Shown: piece after piece, positions 25,030 through 35,560 of the stretch
Layout: the number at the start of each line of letters is the position of its first letter
Numbering within the stretch: the stretch's first letter is position 1
The notes under the pieces: generated by a model
Databases searched by the model: none
What the model was told of the DNA's origin: nothing
Seen by the model: the letters and a program-made list of their open reading frames with translations, nothing else
From: Trueperaceae bacterium
GTDB lineage: Bacteria > Deinococcota > Deinococci > Deinococcales > Trueperaceae
Assembly (NCBI GenBank): GCA_040905465.1
Contig: JBBDRK010000066.1
Coordinates: 19,836-58,608, forward strand
Length of the DNA stretch: 38,773 nt
Reading direction: 5' to 3'
Translations under genes and position numbers: made by a program

Positions 25030-25859
25030 GCGCCGGTCCTCCCCTCGTCGCCGGTGGTCGGCGCGTCGGCCGAGCTGCCCTTCCTCGTCGCCTTCCTGCC
25101 CAGGTACGCTTCGATCACCTTGGGATCGTCGACCACGTCGCGGTAAGTACCCTCGGCGATCTTCTCGCCGTAGTCGAGCACCACTACGCGGTCGCTTATC
25201 TCGCCTACCACGTTCATCTTGTGTTCCACGAGCAACACGGTATAGCCGCCTTCATCGCGCATGCGCCGGATGATCCGGGTTATCTCGGTCGTCTCCTTCG
25301 GGTTCATCCCCGCGCTGGGCTCGTCGAGCAGCAGCAGCTTGGCCCCGGTCGCCATTGCCCGGGCCATCTCGGTTCGCCGGCGGTTGGCGTAGGAGAGGTT
25401 TATCACCGGCTGGTGCAGACGGTAGCTCATGAGCCGGGGGCCGAAAAACGAGAGTTTCTCCAGTGCGGTTTCATGCACCTCGCGCTCCTTGCGCAGGTAG
25501 CCCGGCGTGCGCAGGACGGCCGCCAGCCAGTTCGAGTGCAGCTTGTGGTGCTGCGGTATCAGGATGTTGTCCAACACGGTCAGGTTGGTGAACAGCCGCA
25601 GGTTCTGGAAGGTGCGGGCGATGCCCCGCTGCACGATCTTGTCGGGGCTGTTGCCCACCAGCGTGCGACCTTCGAAGTCGATGCCGCCTCGGTCGGGCCG
25701 GTACACCCCGGTAATCAGGTTGAACAGGGTGGTCTTGCCGGCCCCGTTGGGTCCGATAACCGAAACGATCTCGCCCTTCTCCACCGAGAAGCTGAGGTCG
25801 GAGATGGCCCTGAGTCCCCCGAACGACTTGCTTACTCCCTGTATGTCCAGCATCGCCAT
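25026..25859 (-). CDS. livG: Branched-chain amino acid-type ABC transporter ATPase
   Basis: FGGLRA, GPNGAGKTT, ARTFQNLRLF, LDEPSAGMN and VIEAYLG. SD AAGGAGG before ATG 25859. Confidence 0.92.
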
Positions 25860-25860
25860 C

Positions 25861-27327
25861 TCAGGTCCTCCTTCCCTCGTCAACAGGCGGCGGTTCCTCT
25901 CCGGCATCGTCGTCGTCACCAGGCTCGCCCCGTTCCAGCAGCGGGTGGGCCGCCGGTTCAGGTGCGTCGATCCCCTCTTTCCCCTCTTTGTTCAGTGCGG
26001 GATTGTGCAGCCAGGCATCCTGGGCGCGTTCCTCATCGGTCGGCTGGTCGCGCCGCTCGCGCAGCAACCAGGCCCAGGTGAATTCGCTGCGTCCGAGAAC
26101 GCCGTTGGGACGGAAGACCATGATCACCAGCAGCAACACCGCAAGGAATATGCGGCGGAGGCCGAACGCCCGGAAGTTCCCCTCGAGCCAGCCGACCGCG
26201 GGCCCGGCGAACGCCACCAGCACGGTCACCAGGCCCATGCCGGCAAGCACGAACACCGCAGGATGCAGCCGTGGCCGAAGCCTGTTGATGCGCCGGTAGA
26301 CGTAGGCACCGCCGGCGGCCGCCAGCAGCAGGGCGCCCAGCGCCAGCGTCCAGGTGGTCAGCGGGTACGACCGCTCGAGCGGATCGCCGTACTGCAGCAC
26401 GAACACCACCAGGGCGGTACCGAGCAGCGTTCCCGTTACGGAGCCGGTGCCGCCGACCGAAATGGCAACCAGGAAGAAGAATGTCAGGAAGAAGAGGAAG
26501 GAGTCGAGCCTGGCCGAGGAGAGCCACGACACGTAGAGCCCTCCTGCCACGCCCGCGAAGAACGCCGAAAGGGTGAAGGCGAGCACCTTGTGATAGGCGA
26601 GGTTCACGCCCATCGCCTGCGCCGCCACCTCGTCCTCGCGAATACCCTGCAGGGCGCGTCCGTACGAACTGAACTTGAGCCGCGACATCACGAAGACGGT
26701 CAGACCCAGTATGCCGAACGTCCACCACAAACTCTTCCCCATCAGTGACGGCACCCCGGTAAAACCGAGCGAACCGTTGGTGAATGCGGCGAACAGGTCG
26801 GTCGACGCCAAGAGTCGAATGATCTCGCCGAAGCCGAAGGTGACGATGGCGAGATAGTCGCCTCGCAACCTGAGGCTGGGTATGCCGACGAGCAGACCGA
26901 AGGCCGCGGCCACCAGACCGCCGATGAACATGGCGATGAGGATGCGAGTCCACAGGGCCTCGGGGGCCGCCAGGGCCTCCAGGCCGAGGCCGCGAGCCCA
27001 GTTCTCGATGCTGAGCCCGAGGGTGAAGTCGTTCAGCTGGCTGCGGGCGCTCGCTGCGATCTGCAGCCGGTTCAGTTCGGGCAGGATCAGCAGTGCAGTG
27101 GTATAGCCGCCCAGGAGCATGAAACCGTGGTGGCCGAGCGAGAGGATCCCGGTAGTTCCGTTGATCAGGTTGAGGCTCACGGCGGCAGTCCCCCAGATGG
27201 CGAACAGCGTGAACACCTGCCGCATCTTGGATCCGCCCTGCTCCTGAACGAAGTAGAGCACCAACGCGACAACCGCCAGTGCCGCCAGCGTGAGGAGCAG
27301 GTTGCGAACGGAACGCTGCTGAACCAT
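25861..27327 (-). CDS. livM: Branched-chain amino acid-type ABC transporter permease
   Basis: SLNLINGTTGILSLGH, LRLRGDYLAIVTFGFGEI and GIREDEVAAQAMGVN. TGATG overlap with the livH stop. Confidence 0.9.
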   Translation of the reverse strand: MVQQRSVRNLLLTLAALAVVALVLYFVQEQGGSKMRQVFTLFAIWGTAAVSLNLINGTTGILSLGHHGFMLLGGYTTALLILPELNRLQIAASARSQLNDFTLGLSIENWARGLGLEALAAPEALWTRILIAMFIGGLVAAAFGLLVGIPSLRLRGDYLAIVTFGFGEIIRLLASTDLFAAFTNGSLGFTGVPSLMGKSLWWTFGILGLTVFVMSRLKFSSYGRALQGIREDEVAAQAMGVNLAYHKVLAFTLSAFFAGVAGGLYVSWLSSARLDSFLFFLTFFFLVAISVGGTGSVTGTLLGTALVVFVLQYGDPLERSYPLTTWTLALGALLLAAAGGAYVYRRINRLRPRLHPAVFVLAGMGLVTVLVAFAGPAVGWLEGNFRAFGLRRIFLAVLLLVIMVFRPNGVLGRSEFTWAWLLRERRDQPTDEERAQDAWLHNPALNKEGKEGIDAPEPAAHPLLERGEPGDDDDAGEEPPPVDEGRRT

Positions 27328-28520
27328 CACACCTTCTCCGAGAGGTCTTCGCCGACGATCCCGCTGGGCTTGATCAGCAGGACGATGATGAGCAGAGCGA
27401 AGGCGAAGGTGTCCTTGTACTGGGTCACGCCCGGAATGAGAGCGGTGAAGAAGTTCTCCATGAACCCGAGCAGTACGCCCCCGATTACCGCGCCCGGCAG
27501 GCTTCCGATGCCACCTACCACCGCTGCCGCGAAAGCCTTGATGCCGGGGAGCAGGCCCATCACCGCCGGCTGCGAAAGCGTGCCGTAGCTCATTCCCCAC
27601 AGGACCCCGGCGGCGGCCGCGAGCATGGAGCCGAGCAGGAAGGTAGTGGCGATAACCCGGTTGACGTCTATTCCCATCATCTGCGCCACTTCGGGATCCT
27701 GCGCCGATGCCCGCATCGCCTTGCCAAGGCGGGTGCGGGTTACGAACATAGTCAGCACCACTACCAGCGCCGCGGTGAGCAACACCACGAGAATCACTAC
27801 CCTCGTTCCGAACACTGTCTGGCCGACGAGCTCGAACTGCATGGATTGCGTCCAGCTGGTTTCAGGCCGGTAGGCGGTCACGTTGCGGGTGAAAGCCAGG
27901 ACGCCGGTGTTCTGCAGGAAGAACGACATGGCGATCGCCGTTATCAGGAGCGAGATGCGCGGGGCGCCGCGCAACGGCCGGTAGGCGACGCGGTCGAGAA
28001 GCACGCCCACCACGCCGGTAATCAGCATGCTCAGCACGAGTGCCGGAATCCAGCCGAGAGCCGAGCTGCTAAGGATGAGAGTCAGGGCGATGAAGCTGAT
28101 TATCCCGGTCCCCAACACCAGCGGATCGCCGAGACGGCCGCGCCACAAGGAGACTACGTACATCAGGCCGAAAGTCGACAGCGCAGCCGCGAATAGCGCC
28201 CACGGCAGCGCGTACGGCGTTCTCGCGAAGATGAAGTAAGACACGAACGCACCCACCATGAACACTTCGCCATGGGCGAAGTTGATCAGGCGGATGATGC
28301 CGTACACCATGGTGTACCCGAGCGCTATCAGTGCGTAGAGGCTGCCTAATTGCAGCGACTGCAACAGGGCCCCGGCGAAAAATGCGGCAGTGTAGCCGCG
28401 CTCCGATATCAGGAACGCAATGCGGGCGAATAAGGCGATCAGCACGGCCGCCCCGATCAGCCAGGGCGTGAGCCTGGCTAGAACAGGCCGCGAATCTCTC
28501 TCTTTCTGCAAAATAGCCAC
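27327..28520 (-). CDS. livH: Branched-chain amino acid-type ABC transporter permease
   Basis: GSLYALIALGYTMVYGIIRLINFAHGE, GKAMRA and KAFAAAVVGGIGS. Confidence 0.92.
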   Translation of the reverse strand: MAILQKERDSRPVLARLTPWLIGAAVLIALFARIAFLISERGYTAAFFAGALLQSLQLGSLYALIALGYTMVYGIIRLINFAHGEVFMVGAFVSYFIFARTPYALPWALFAAALSTFGLMYVVSLWRGRLGDPLVLGTGIISFIALTLILSSSALGWIPALVLSMLITGVVGVLLDRVAYRPLRGAPRISLLITAIAMSFFLQNTGVLAFTRNVTAYRPETSWTQSMQFELVGQTVFGTRVVILVVLLTAALVVVLTMFVTRTRLGKAMRASAQDPEVAQMMGIDVNRVIATTFLLGSMLAAAAGVLWGMSYGTLSQPAVMGLLPGIKAFAAAVVGGIGSLPGAVIGGVLLGFMENFFTALIPGVTQYKDTFAFALLIIVLLIKPSGIVGEDLSEKV

Positions 28521-28609
28521 CTCGAATTGGAGTCGACGACATAGTCTATCCGAATCGGCCCGCCGGCCGGGCTAAGGGCCGCGGGCGTCCCAGCGAACTA
28601 ACCAAAGAG

Positions 28610-28641
28610 GAGCAGGAGCGGGTTTGATCCCGCCCCTGCTC
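28610..28641 (-). terminator. Stem-loop after the binding-protein gene (partial terminator or mRNA stabiliser)
   Basis: GAGCAGG-a-GCGGG / CCCGC-c-CCTGCTC inverted repeat, followed on the minus strand by CTCTTTGGTT. Confidence 0.6.
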
Positions 28642-28674
28642 GCTCCACTGCCGCTCAGGCAGTTCCGAAAACGG

Positions 28675-29808
28675 TTACTGGCCCGTCGAAACGTCGAAGA
28701 GCGGCTCGCCCGGGTAGGTTCCGCCCTCGTAGCGGAAGAAGCCCATGATCCGGTCGGCCGGCGTGCCATCGGTACCGGCGTAGGTGATCTCGCCGGTAAC
28801 GCCCGGGAAGCCCTCGAGCTCTGCCAGCGCATCACGCACGGCGTCGACGTCGTCGGATCCGGCGACTTCGATGGCTTCGAGGATGACGTTCATGGAGTCG
28901 GCACCGGCGAGCGTGAAGCCGTTGAAGGTGCCGTTCGGCATGTTCTCCTCGAAGAAGGTCTGAAACTCGGCCGCGCGTTCGGCTGCGTCACCGGTGAGCT
29001 GCTCGGGAATGGCAAAGGCCGTGAAGACCCAGCCGTCGAACGCGGCGCCGCCGGCTTCGGGGCACTGCGCGTCGTCCGAGGCGTCCGCACCGACGATTGC
29101 GGTGTCGGCGAAGCCCTGCTGGCGAAGCTGCTGGACCAGCGGCACCGCTTCTGCGCAGAAGATCGGGGCGTAGATCATGTCGGCGTCGAAGCGCCGGATG
29201 TCGTTGATCTGAGCGGCGAAGTCGACCTGGTTGGCAACGATGTCGACGACGGTGGTTTCGCCGCCGAGAGCGGTGAACTCATCGCCGAAGAAACCTGCCA
29301 ACCCGAAGCTGTAGTCGTCGTCCTGCTGCCGGAAGACTGCCACTCGTCGGGCACCCTCCTGGTTGTAGGCGTAGCCGGCCGCAACCTGTCCCTGGAACTC
29401 GTCGTTGTACGCCATCCGGAAGATGTAGTCACCGATCTGCGTGGTGTAGTTGTTGGTCGAACTGGGAGTGATCATGATGATCCCTGCGTCCTGCAACACC
29501 TCGCCGGCCGGAATCGCCTGGCTGGAGCCACCGGTTCCGAGCACGGCGACCACACCTTCATCGACGAAACGATTGGCGCAGGCGATCGACCCCTCGGGTG
29601 TGGTGCCGTTATCGCAGACGCTCAACTCGACGCTGCGGCCGAGAACCTCGGGCCGCTGGGCCAGCGCGGCTTCCATCCCCTCCAGCTCGGGGGTGCCGAG
29701 CGCTACGAAGCGACCGGACAGTTCCAGGTTCACGCCGATGCGAATCGGCTCCTGGGCACTGACCAGCCCTACTATGAGAACTACCAGGACAGCGAGTAAC
29801 CTCTTCAT
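28675..29808 (-). CDS. LivJ/LivK-family ABC substrate-binding protein
   Basis: Signal peptide MKRLLAVLVVLIVGLVSA, IRIGVNLELSG, DYIFRMAYND and FPGVTGEI. SD GGGAGG before ATG 29808. Confidence 0.92.
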   Translation of the reverse strand: MKRLLAVLVVLIVGLVSAQEPIRIGVNLELSGRFVALGTPELEGMEAALAQRPEVLGRSVELSVCDNGTTPEGSIACANRFVDEGVVAVLGTGGSSQAIPAGEVLQDAGIIMITPSSTNNYTTQIGDYIFRMAYNDEFQGQVAAGYAYNQEGARRVAVFRQQDDDYSFGLAGFFGDEFTALGGETTVVDIVANQVDFAAQINDIRRFDADMIYAPIFCAEAVPLVQQLRQQGFADTAIVGADASDDAQCPEAGGAAFDGWVFTAFAIPEQLTGDAAERAAEFQTFFEENMPNGTFNGFTLAGADSMNVILEAIEVAGSDDVDAVRDALAELEGFPGVTGEITYAGTDGTPADRIMGFFRYEGGTYPGEPLFDVSTGQ

Positions 29809-30133
29809 CAGTATCCTCCCGTTGTCGTGTAAGCGGCGGACGCCGATTGCCGGAGCCCGGGCGCGTACTCGATTTGCGTTGCAGACGCATGATAAACCGT
29901 GCATTTTTTCACTGTCAACGTGGAAGCCTTCACCGACTAACAAAGCCCGCCGAACTGCCCGCGAGGGCAGGTTAGCCGATAACTTGCAGCATGACTATAC
30001 TCACATGACCAGTTGACCGTGAACTGAGTGACACTCTTGCGCCATACGCCGAATTCGTGGTCTAAATAGATAGCAAGCAGGCTCGGTCGTCGCGAAGGCA
30101 GCGAACAGCCTGGCGAGCCACAGGAGGCATGGC

Positions 30134-31474
30134 ATGGCGCTCACCGCACAGGACATCCGCACGTCGCTGGACGAAGAAAAGGTCCGATTTCTTCGGCTAC
30201 AGTTCACCGACATTCTCGGGCACAGCAAGAATGTCGAGCTTCCGATATCCCAGTTCGACAAGGCGCTCGACGGCGAGATCATGTTCGACGGCTCGTCGGT
30301 CGAGGGGTTCACCCGCATCGAAGAATCGGACATGCTGCTGAAGCCCGACTTCCAGACCTTCCTGATCGTCCCCGAGCTCATCGAAGGCAACGGCAACGGC
30401 CGCATTGCCAGGATCATCTGCGACATAGCGTTCCCGGATGGCGAACCCTTTCCAGGCGATCCCCGCTACGTGTTGCGGCGGCAGATCGAGCGGCTGCGCA
30501 AACTGGGGTTCGATGACATGTCGGTCGGTCCGGAGCCGGAGTTCTTCCTGTTCGAACGCGACGAGGAAGATGCGCCCACGACCGTTACCCACGACGCCGC
30601 CGGCTACTTCGACCTGGCCCCGCTCGACCGCGGCGAGGAAGCGCGCCGCGACATGGTCGATGCGCTGGTGGAGATGGGCTTCGAGATCGAGGCTGCCCAT
30701 CACGAGGTAGCTCCCGGCCAGCACGAGATCGACTTCAAGTACGCGCCCGCGCTGGAGAGCGCCGACAGCATCAGCACCTTCCGCACCGTGGTCAAGCGAG
30801 TCGCACTCAACCACGGACTGCACGCCACCTTCATGCCGAAACCGGTTGGCGGGATAAACGGATCGGGCATGCACACGCACCTTTCGCTCTTCAAGGACGG
30901 CAAGAACGCCTTCTATGACGAGAAGGCCGAGTACCAGCTGTCGCGGACGGCGCTGAACTGGATCGGCGGCCTGCTCGAGCACGCCTCCGGGATGGTGGCC
31001 GTCACCAACCCGACCGTAAACTCCTACAAGCGGCTCACGCCCGGTTACGAGGCGCCCACCAATATCGCCTGGTCGGCTTCGAACCGCAGCGCAATGATCC
31101 GGATACCGGCGCGCCGTGGAATTGGAACGCGCAGCGAGTTGCGCATGCCCGACCCGTCGTGCAATCCGTATCTGGCGCTGGCCGTGATGCTGGCCGCGGG
31201 CCTCGACGGCATCGAGCGGGACATCACTCCGCCGCCCGCCATCCAGCGCAACATCTATCAGATGAGCGTCCGCGACCGGCGTCGCCACAAGATCAAGGAA
31301 CTTCCATCCACATTGCGCGAGTCGGTGGGCGAGTTGCGCCGCGACGCGGTGATCCGCCAGGCACTGGGCGAGCACGTATACGAGAACTTCATCGCAACCA
31401 AGACCAAGGAGTACGACTCGTACCGCATCGCGGTACACGACTGGGAGCTGAAGGAGTATCTGGCGGAGTACTAG
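30134..31474 (+). CDS. glnA: Type I glutamine synthetase
   Basis: [64 protein letters not shown] and [22 protein letters not shown]. Confidence 0.97.
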   Translation: MALTAQDIRTSLDEEKVRFLRLQFTDILGHSKNVELPISQFDKALDGEIMFDGSSVEGFTRIEESDMLLKPDFQTFLIVPELIEGNGNGRIARIICDIAFPDGEPFPGDPRYVLRRQIERLRKLGFDDMSVGPEPEFFLFERDEEDAPTTVTHDAAGYFDLAPLDRGEEARRDMVDALVEMGFEIEAAHHEVAPGQHEIDFKYAPALESADSISTFRTVVKRVALNHGLHATFMPKPVGGINGSGMHTHLSLFKDGKNAFYDEKAEYQLSRTALNWIGGLLEHASGMVAVTNPTVNSYKRLTPGYEAPTNIAWSASNRSAMIRIPARRGIGTRSELRMPDPSCNPYLALAVMLAAGLDGIERDITPPPAIQRNIYQMSVRDRRRHKIKELPSTLRESVGELRRDAVIRQALGEHVYENFIATKTKEYDSYRIAVHDWELKEYLAEY

Positions 31475-31503
31475 CCGGCAGCGGGCGTTGCTACAGTAGG
31501 AGC

Positions 31504-32034
31504 ATGCCTCCCGCACCCAAAGTAGACAGGCTCCCGGTCACAGTAGTCGGGCTCGATCCCGGCCTGGCGAACCTGGGGTTGGGCGCCGTGCGGGAGGAGG
31601 GGCGGTCTACCCGCTGGCTCGGGTCTCACTTGGTGGTAACGCACAGCAAATCATCACGAGCGGACCGGCTCGCGCGCATCTACGACGAGGTCGGCGAGTT
31701 CCTGGCAACCCATCGCCCGGACGCCATAGCCATCGAGGGTCAGTACTTCCACCGCCAGAAGGACACGGCGTTCAAGGTCGGGCAGGCCGTCGGGGTTGTG
31801 CTGCTGGCTGCCGAGCGAATGGGTGTTCCCGTGCACGAGTACGGGCCGATGGAGGTCAAACAGGCGCTGGTGGGGACTGGCCGGGCCTCGAAGGAGCAGG
31901 TCGCGTTCATGGTGCGCGGTCTGCTCGAGCTGCCGGCCGGTCTCTCGAGCCATCATGTGGCCGACGCCCTGGCCCTGGCTCTCACTCACCTGAGCGCGCG
32001 CCGGCTCGGCGCCTTTTCCCGCGCACAGGGCTGA
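31504..32034 (+). CDS. ruvC: Holliday junction resolvase RuvC
   Basis: VVGLDPGLANLGLG, AIEGQYF, EVKQALVGTGRASKEQV and HVADALALAL. ATG 31504 follows AGGAG. Confidence 0.93.
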   Translation: MPPAPKVDRLPVTVVGLDPGLANLGLGAVREEGRSTRWLGSHLVVTHSKSSRADRLARIYDEVGEFLATHRPDAIAIEGQYFHRQKDTAFKVGQAVGVVLLAAERMGVPVHEYGPMEVKQALVGTGRASKEQVAFMVRGLLELPAGLSSHHVADALALALTHLSARRLGAFSRAQG

Positions 32035-35000
32035 CGGTGCCAGCCTCTTTCAAGCTCGCCCACCGGTAGCCGCTTTCCTCTTCCAGGAGCCGAAGCCTTG
32101 CCAATCGGTTCGCCAGCCCCTCCGACAGGTCGAGTTGCGTCATCTGCAACAGCGAACCTGCGAGTGTCACGGCGTCGGTGAGAACCCGGTAGGCTTCGCG
32201 GTCGAAATAGCCCTGCCCTTCGTGCGAGTCGATCCGCAGGAACTCTTCGGCGCGCGAATCGGCCAGCAGTTGCGCCAGCAACTCGGTCGCCGCAGGAGTC
32301 CTGGCCGCCAACGGGGCGAACTCGAGAAGCATCGGCATGAGTTCGGCGAACAGGATCGCCCGGTACGGTTCGGCCGAAGAGTGCTGGCCGGCGGCCAACT
32401 CCTGCTCGAGCCGGAACCGCCCCAAAACCCGGCCGCCCAACGGCGCAAGCGCCATCCACGCCAGCAGGGCGATCTCGAGGGGAAGCATGCGGCTGTCGAC
32501 CGCTTCGCTCACCCCCCGGTGCGCGGCGTAGGCGCCCAGCAACTCCTCGAAGGCCCGCTCGGCATCGCGCCGGCTGACTTCCCACTCGAAATCGTGCCGG
32601 TCGAGTGCCGATAGGAAGTCGCGGTAGCTGGCCAGGAGCGCTTCGGTTTCCGCCAGCGGCGTGTCGAGCAGGTCGCCGAACACGTCGAACAATGGCCGCA
32701 ACAGCAGATCGCTGACCGCATCGTGAACGCTGGGCACCCCGCGCCCGGCCAACTCGCGGCACAGGTCGGCGTACGGCTCGCTCGCGCTGTCCGTCACCTC
32801 CCGGAAGTCGACCAGGACCCGGTACTGGAACGCAGCAAGGTCCGCCTCCATGCCGCGCTCCCGCACCTCGTCGGAGGGTGCGAGGTGCTCGAGCCCGCTG
32901 CCATGGTCGCGGAACACCAGGTAGCGGCCGGGACCCCCGTCAAGGCCAATCCCCTCGAACAGAGTTCGCCGGCGGCTGACCCGGCCACCACCCTCTTCTC
33001 GTGAGCTGTAGGGGACGCTCATGTTCAGCCTGCCGCGAACCTCGGCGTAACTGTTGTGGAACAGCACCAGCGAAGCGTTCCCGTCGACCAGGTTGCTGTA
33101 GGCGAGCACGTCCTCGGCCACTGAACCGTCCTCGGTCAGGAAGTCGTAGAACAGGAAGCCGTCGGCGTCGGCGAAGTGCGCCCGGCGGTGCAGCAACGGG
33201 AATATCTCCCGCTGGTGGCGCTCGATCAGCCAGGGGTCGGGCAGCTCCTGCCGTCGCGCCCGGCGATACTCCATCCCGTACTTCTCCTCGAAGCCCTCGA
33301 CCTGCCCGTGGCCGAACATCGGCAGGCCCGGCATGGTCGCCATGACAGTGCACACCCCGAAGTACTTGTCGCCCTTGCCGAACTGGGCCACGGCGGTGTC
33401 CTCGTCCGGATTGTTCATGAAGTTGACGAACCGTCCCAGCACCTCCGGATCGAACTCCAGAACGTTCTTTACGAACTGCCGGAACTCGGCGTTCGCCTCG
33501 CGCTTCAGCATGTTCATGAAGGCGCTGTTGTAGACCCGGTGCATGCCCAACGTTCGGACGAAGTAGCCTTCCATCATCCAGAACGCCTCGGCCAACAACA
33601 GTGTCCCTGGGACCTCGCTGGCAACTCGGTCCACCACCTCTCGCCAGAACTCCCGGGGAATCATCCGCTCGAACTCGGCGGCCGACATCGAGCCGTTCTG
33701 GGCGCGCGACGGTATGGCTCCTCCGCGACCGGGCTCCGGGTACCAGAGCCGCTGAATATGCTGCTTGGCCAGGGTCATGGCGGCGTCGAAACGGATCACC
33801 GGGAACCGGCGGGCGACGCCCAGGATCGTCTCTATGACCGCTTCCCGCACTTCCGGCTTGAGGTAATCGAGTTGGGCGGTGTCGTTCCAGGGCATGGCCG
33901 TGCCGTCGTTGCCGTGATAGATGAAGCGCACTTCACCGGTTTCCCGGTCGACTCGCTTGAATACCACCGCCGCGTCGGTGTTGTCGTAGTAGTGGTCTTC
34001 CAGGAACACGCCGACTCGTGCGTCGAGCGAGAGGTCGGGGCCGTTGAAGGTGTAGCCGGGATAGGGGGAGTGAGCCGTCTGCACGAACCAGTCCGGGCTT
34101 TCGATCACCCAGCGTCCGTCGATGCCCACGTGGTTCGGCACCATGTCGCTGGCCAGGCGAATCCCCCGCTGCCAGGCGCGCTCACGCAGGTCGTCGAAGG
34201 CGGACTCGCCGCCGAGGTCGTCGGCGATTCGGTAGTCGTACAGCGCGTAGGCCGACGCCACGGCGTCAGGCTGACCCCGCAAGTGCTTTATTCGGCGCGA
34301 CGCCTCGCTTCGTTCCCACAGCCCGATCAGCCACAGGCCGCTGAATCCCCGCGCGGCCAGCTCGTCCAACTCCTCGTCGGGTATCGCGTCGAGAGTGGTT
34401 ATGTCGCGCTCGTAGCGGCGCGACAGTTGGTCGAGCCAGACATAGCTGCTCTTGGCGAGGAGAACCAGGCTGGGCATCCACGAGGCGTCGGGACTGAAAC
34501 GCTCGTACTCCTCGGGGCCACCGGGACCCCTCAGGTCCTCGAGGCCGAGCACGGGCGCCTCCTCGGCCGACCCGGGGACGCCTGCCTTGCGCTCCTCCGC
34601 CAGCAGATCGACCCCCAGCAGCAATCGGTCGAGCAGATTCCCGATCCGCTCACCGAGCAGCGGACGCCAGTTGACCCGGGCGTACTCGAGTTGCCCTTCG
34701 AGCGAGGTGGGGTGGGACAGCGACGGCGCCTGCAACAACTCCAGCAGCGGCGGTCCCGCCACGCCCGACTCGTGAGCGGCATCGTGCCGGGCCGCTTCCG
34801 AGAATAGGGCGGGGTAGGCGTCGTCTGCCCGGAGCGGGGCGTCGTCGAAGAGCTCGCGAAAGCGTTCCAGCGCAGGATTGTCGTTGGCCAGCCACAGGAG
34901 CAGCATCTCCTCGAAGACGACTTCGCGGTTGGCGACCCCGTCGGTCTCGGAGGCCAGATATTCCGCCGGAACTTGCCCACCGCGCTCGACGGCGACGGTC

Positions 35001-35386
35001 GGGAACGTCTCTGCGAAGCGGGTGAGGAGTACCGTCAATCGCTCGGCGCCCAACTCCTCCTCGGCTCGATTCAATGCATCGACGACCGGGTCACGCTCTC
35101 GGGCCAGCTCCCGCTGAACCGTGATCAGCAGGTGCTGCAGTTCGTGAAGCAAGCCGGCGGCAAACAGTTCGCCGGCGCGTACCGCCAGCTCGGGAAAGCG
35201 CCGCGCGTCTCGCAGTTCGTTCATCCGGTCGGCCAGAGTTCGAGCGGCGTCAACGTCGGCGAACAGCACGTTGCCGCGGATTCCGAAGAGGCTCTCCTCT
35301 ACCGAATAGCGCTTGCGCGCCGCACGCGACAGGTGCAACTCACGTGGCGGGCCGGGTACTGCCAGGGGAGCCACGCTCACTTCCAA
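31982..35386 (-). CDS. Large GH13 alpha-amylase-family protein with long N- and C-terminal extensions
   Basis: DMVPNH (region I), IRFDAAM (nucleophile), LLAEAFW (acid/base) and MNNPDE (region IV). TTG 35386 follows GGAGGG; the ORF is open to 35446. Confidence 0.85.
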   Translation of the reverse strand: MEVSVAPLAVPGPPRELHLSRAARKRYSVEESLFGIRGNVLFADVDAARTLADRMNELRDARRFPELAVRAGELFAAGLLHELQHLLITVQRELARERDPVVDALNRAEEELGAERLTVLLTRFAETFPTVAVERGGQVPAEYLASETDGVANREVVFEEMLLLWLANDNPALERFRELFDDAPLRADDAYPALFSEAARHDAAHESGVAGPPLLELLQAPSLSHPTSLEGQLEYARVNWRPLLGERIGNLLDRLLLGVDLLAEERKAGVPGSAEEAPVLGLEDLRGPGGPEEYERFSPDASWMPSLVLLAKSSYVWLDQLSRRYERDITTLDAIPDEELDELAARGFSGLWLIGLWERSEASRRIKHLRGQPDAVASAYALYDYRIADDLGGESAFDDLRERAWQRGIRLASDMVPNHVGIDGRWVIESPDWFVQTAHSPYPGYTFNGPDLSLDARVGVFLEDHYYDNTDAAVVFKRVDRETGEVRFIYHGNDGTAMPWNDTAQLDYLKPEVREAVIETILGVARRFPVIRFDAAMTLAKQHIQRLWYPEPGRGGAIPSRAQNGSMSAAEFERMIPREFWREVVDRVASEVPGTLLLAEAFWMMEGYFVRTLGMHRVYNSAFMNMLKREANAEFRQFVKNVLEFDPEVLGRFVNFMNNPDEDTAVAQFGKGDKYFGVCTVMATMPGLPMFGHGQVEGFEEKYGMEYRRARRQELPDPWLIERHQREIFPLLHRRAHFADADGFLFYDFLTEDGSVAEDVLAYSNLVDGNASLVLFHNSYAEVRGRLNMSVPYSSREEGGGRVSRRRTLFEGIGLDGGPGRYLVFRDHGSGLEHLAPSDEVRERGMEADLAAFQYRVLVDFREVTDSASEPYADLCRELAGRGVPSVHDAVSDLLLRPLFDVFGDLLDTPLAETEALLASYRDFLSALDRHDFEWEVSRRDAERAFEELLGAYAAHRGVSEAVDSRMLPLEIALLAWMALAPLGGRVLGRFRLEQELAAGQHSSAEPYRAILFAELMPMLLEFAPLAARTPAATELLAQLLADSRAEEFLRIDSHEGQGYFDREAYRVLTDAVTLAGSLLQMTQLDLSEGLANRLARLRLLEEESGYRWASLKEAGTVSPVRGKRRRAGARSGE

Positions 35387-35560
35387 CTCGGTTCCCTCCC
35401 TCCGGTCCGGCACGCGGTCGGCGCAACGGCGTGAAACAGTGTTCATCTACTGACAGGGAAGCCTGCGACGGGCAAGAATTCCATGGGCTGGCACGGATTC
35501 TGCCCACCATGTGCGACTCTAGTACAATTCCGTAGGTCAGAAGGCGGGTCAGGAGAGCGA

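Noticed and set aside
29985-30040. GlnR/TnrA box upstream of glnA
   Set aside because: Spacing is N6, not the N7 of TGTNA-N7-TNACA, and the left half-sites mismatch.
31159-31503. N-terminal extension of RuvC
   Set aside because: Overlaps glnA in another frame; ATG 31504 has AGGAG and a TACAGT -10-like box just upstream.
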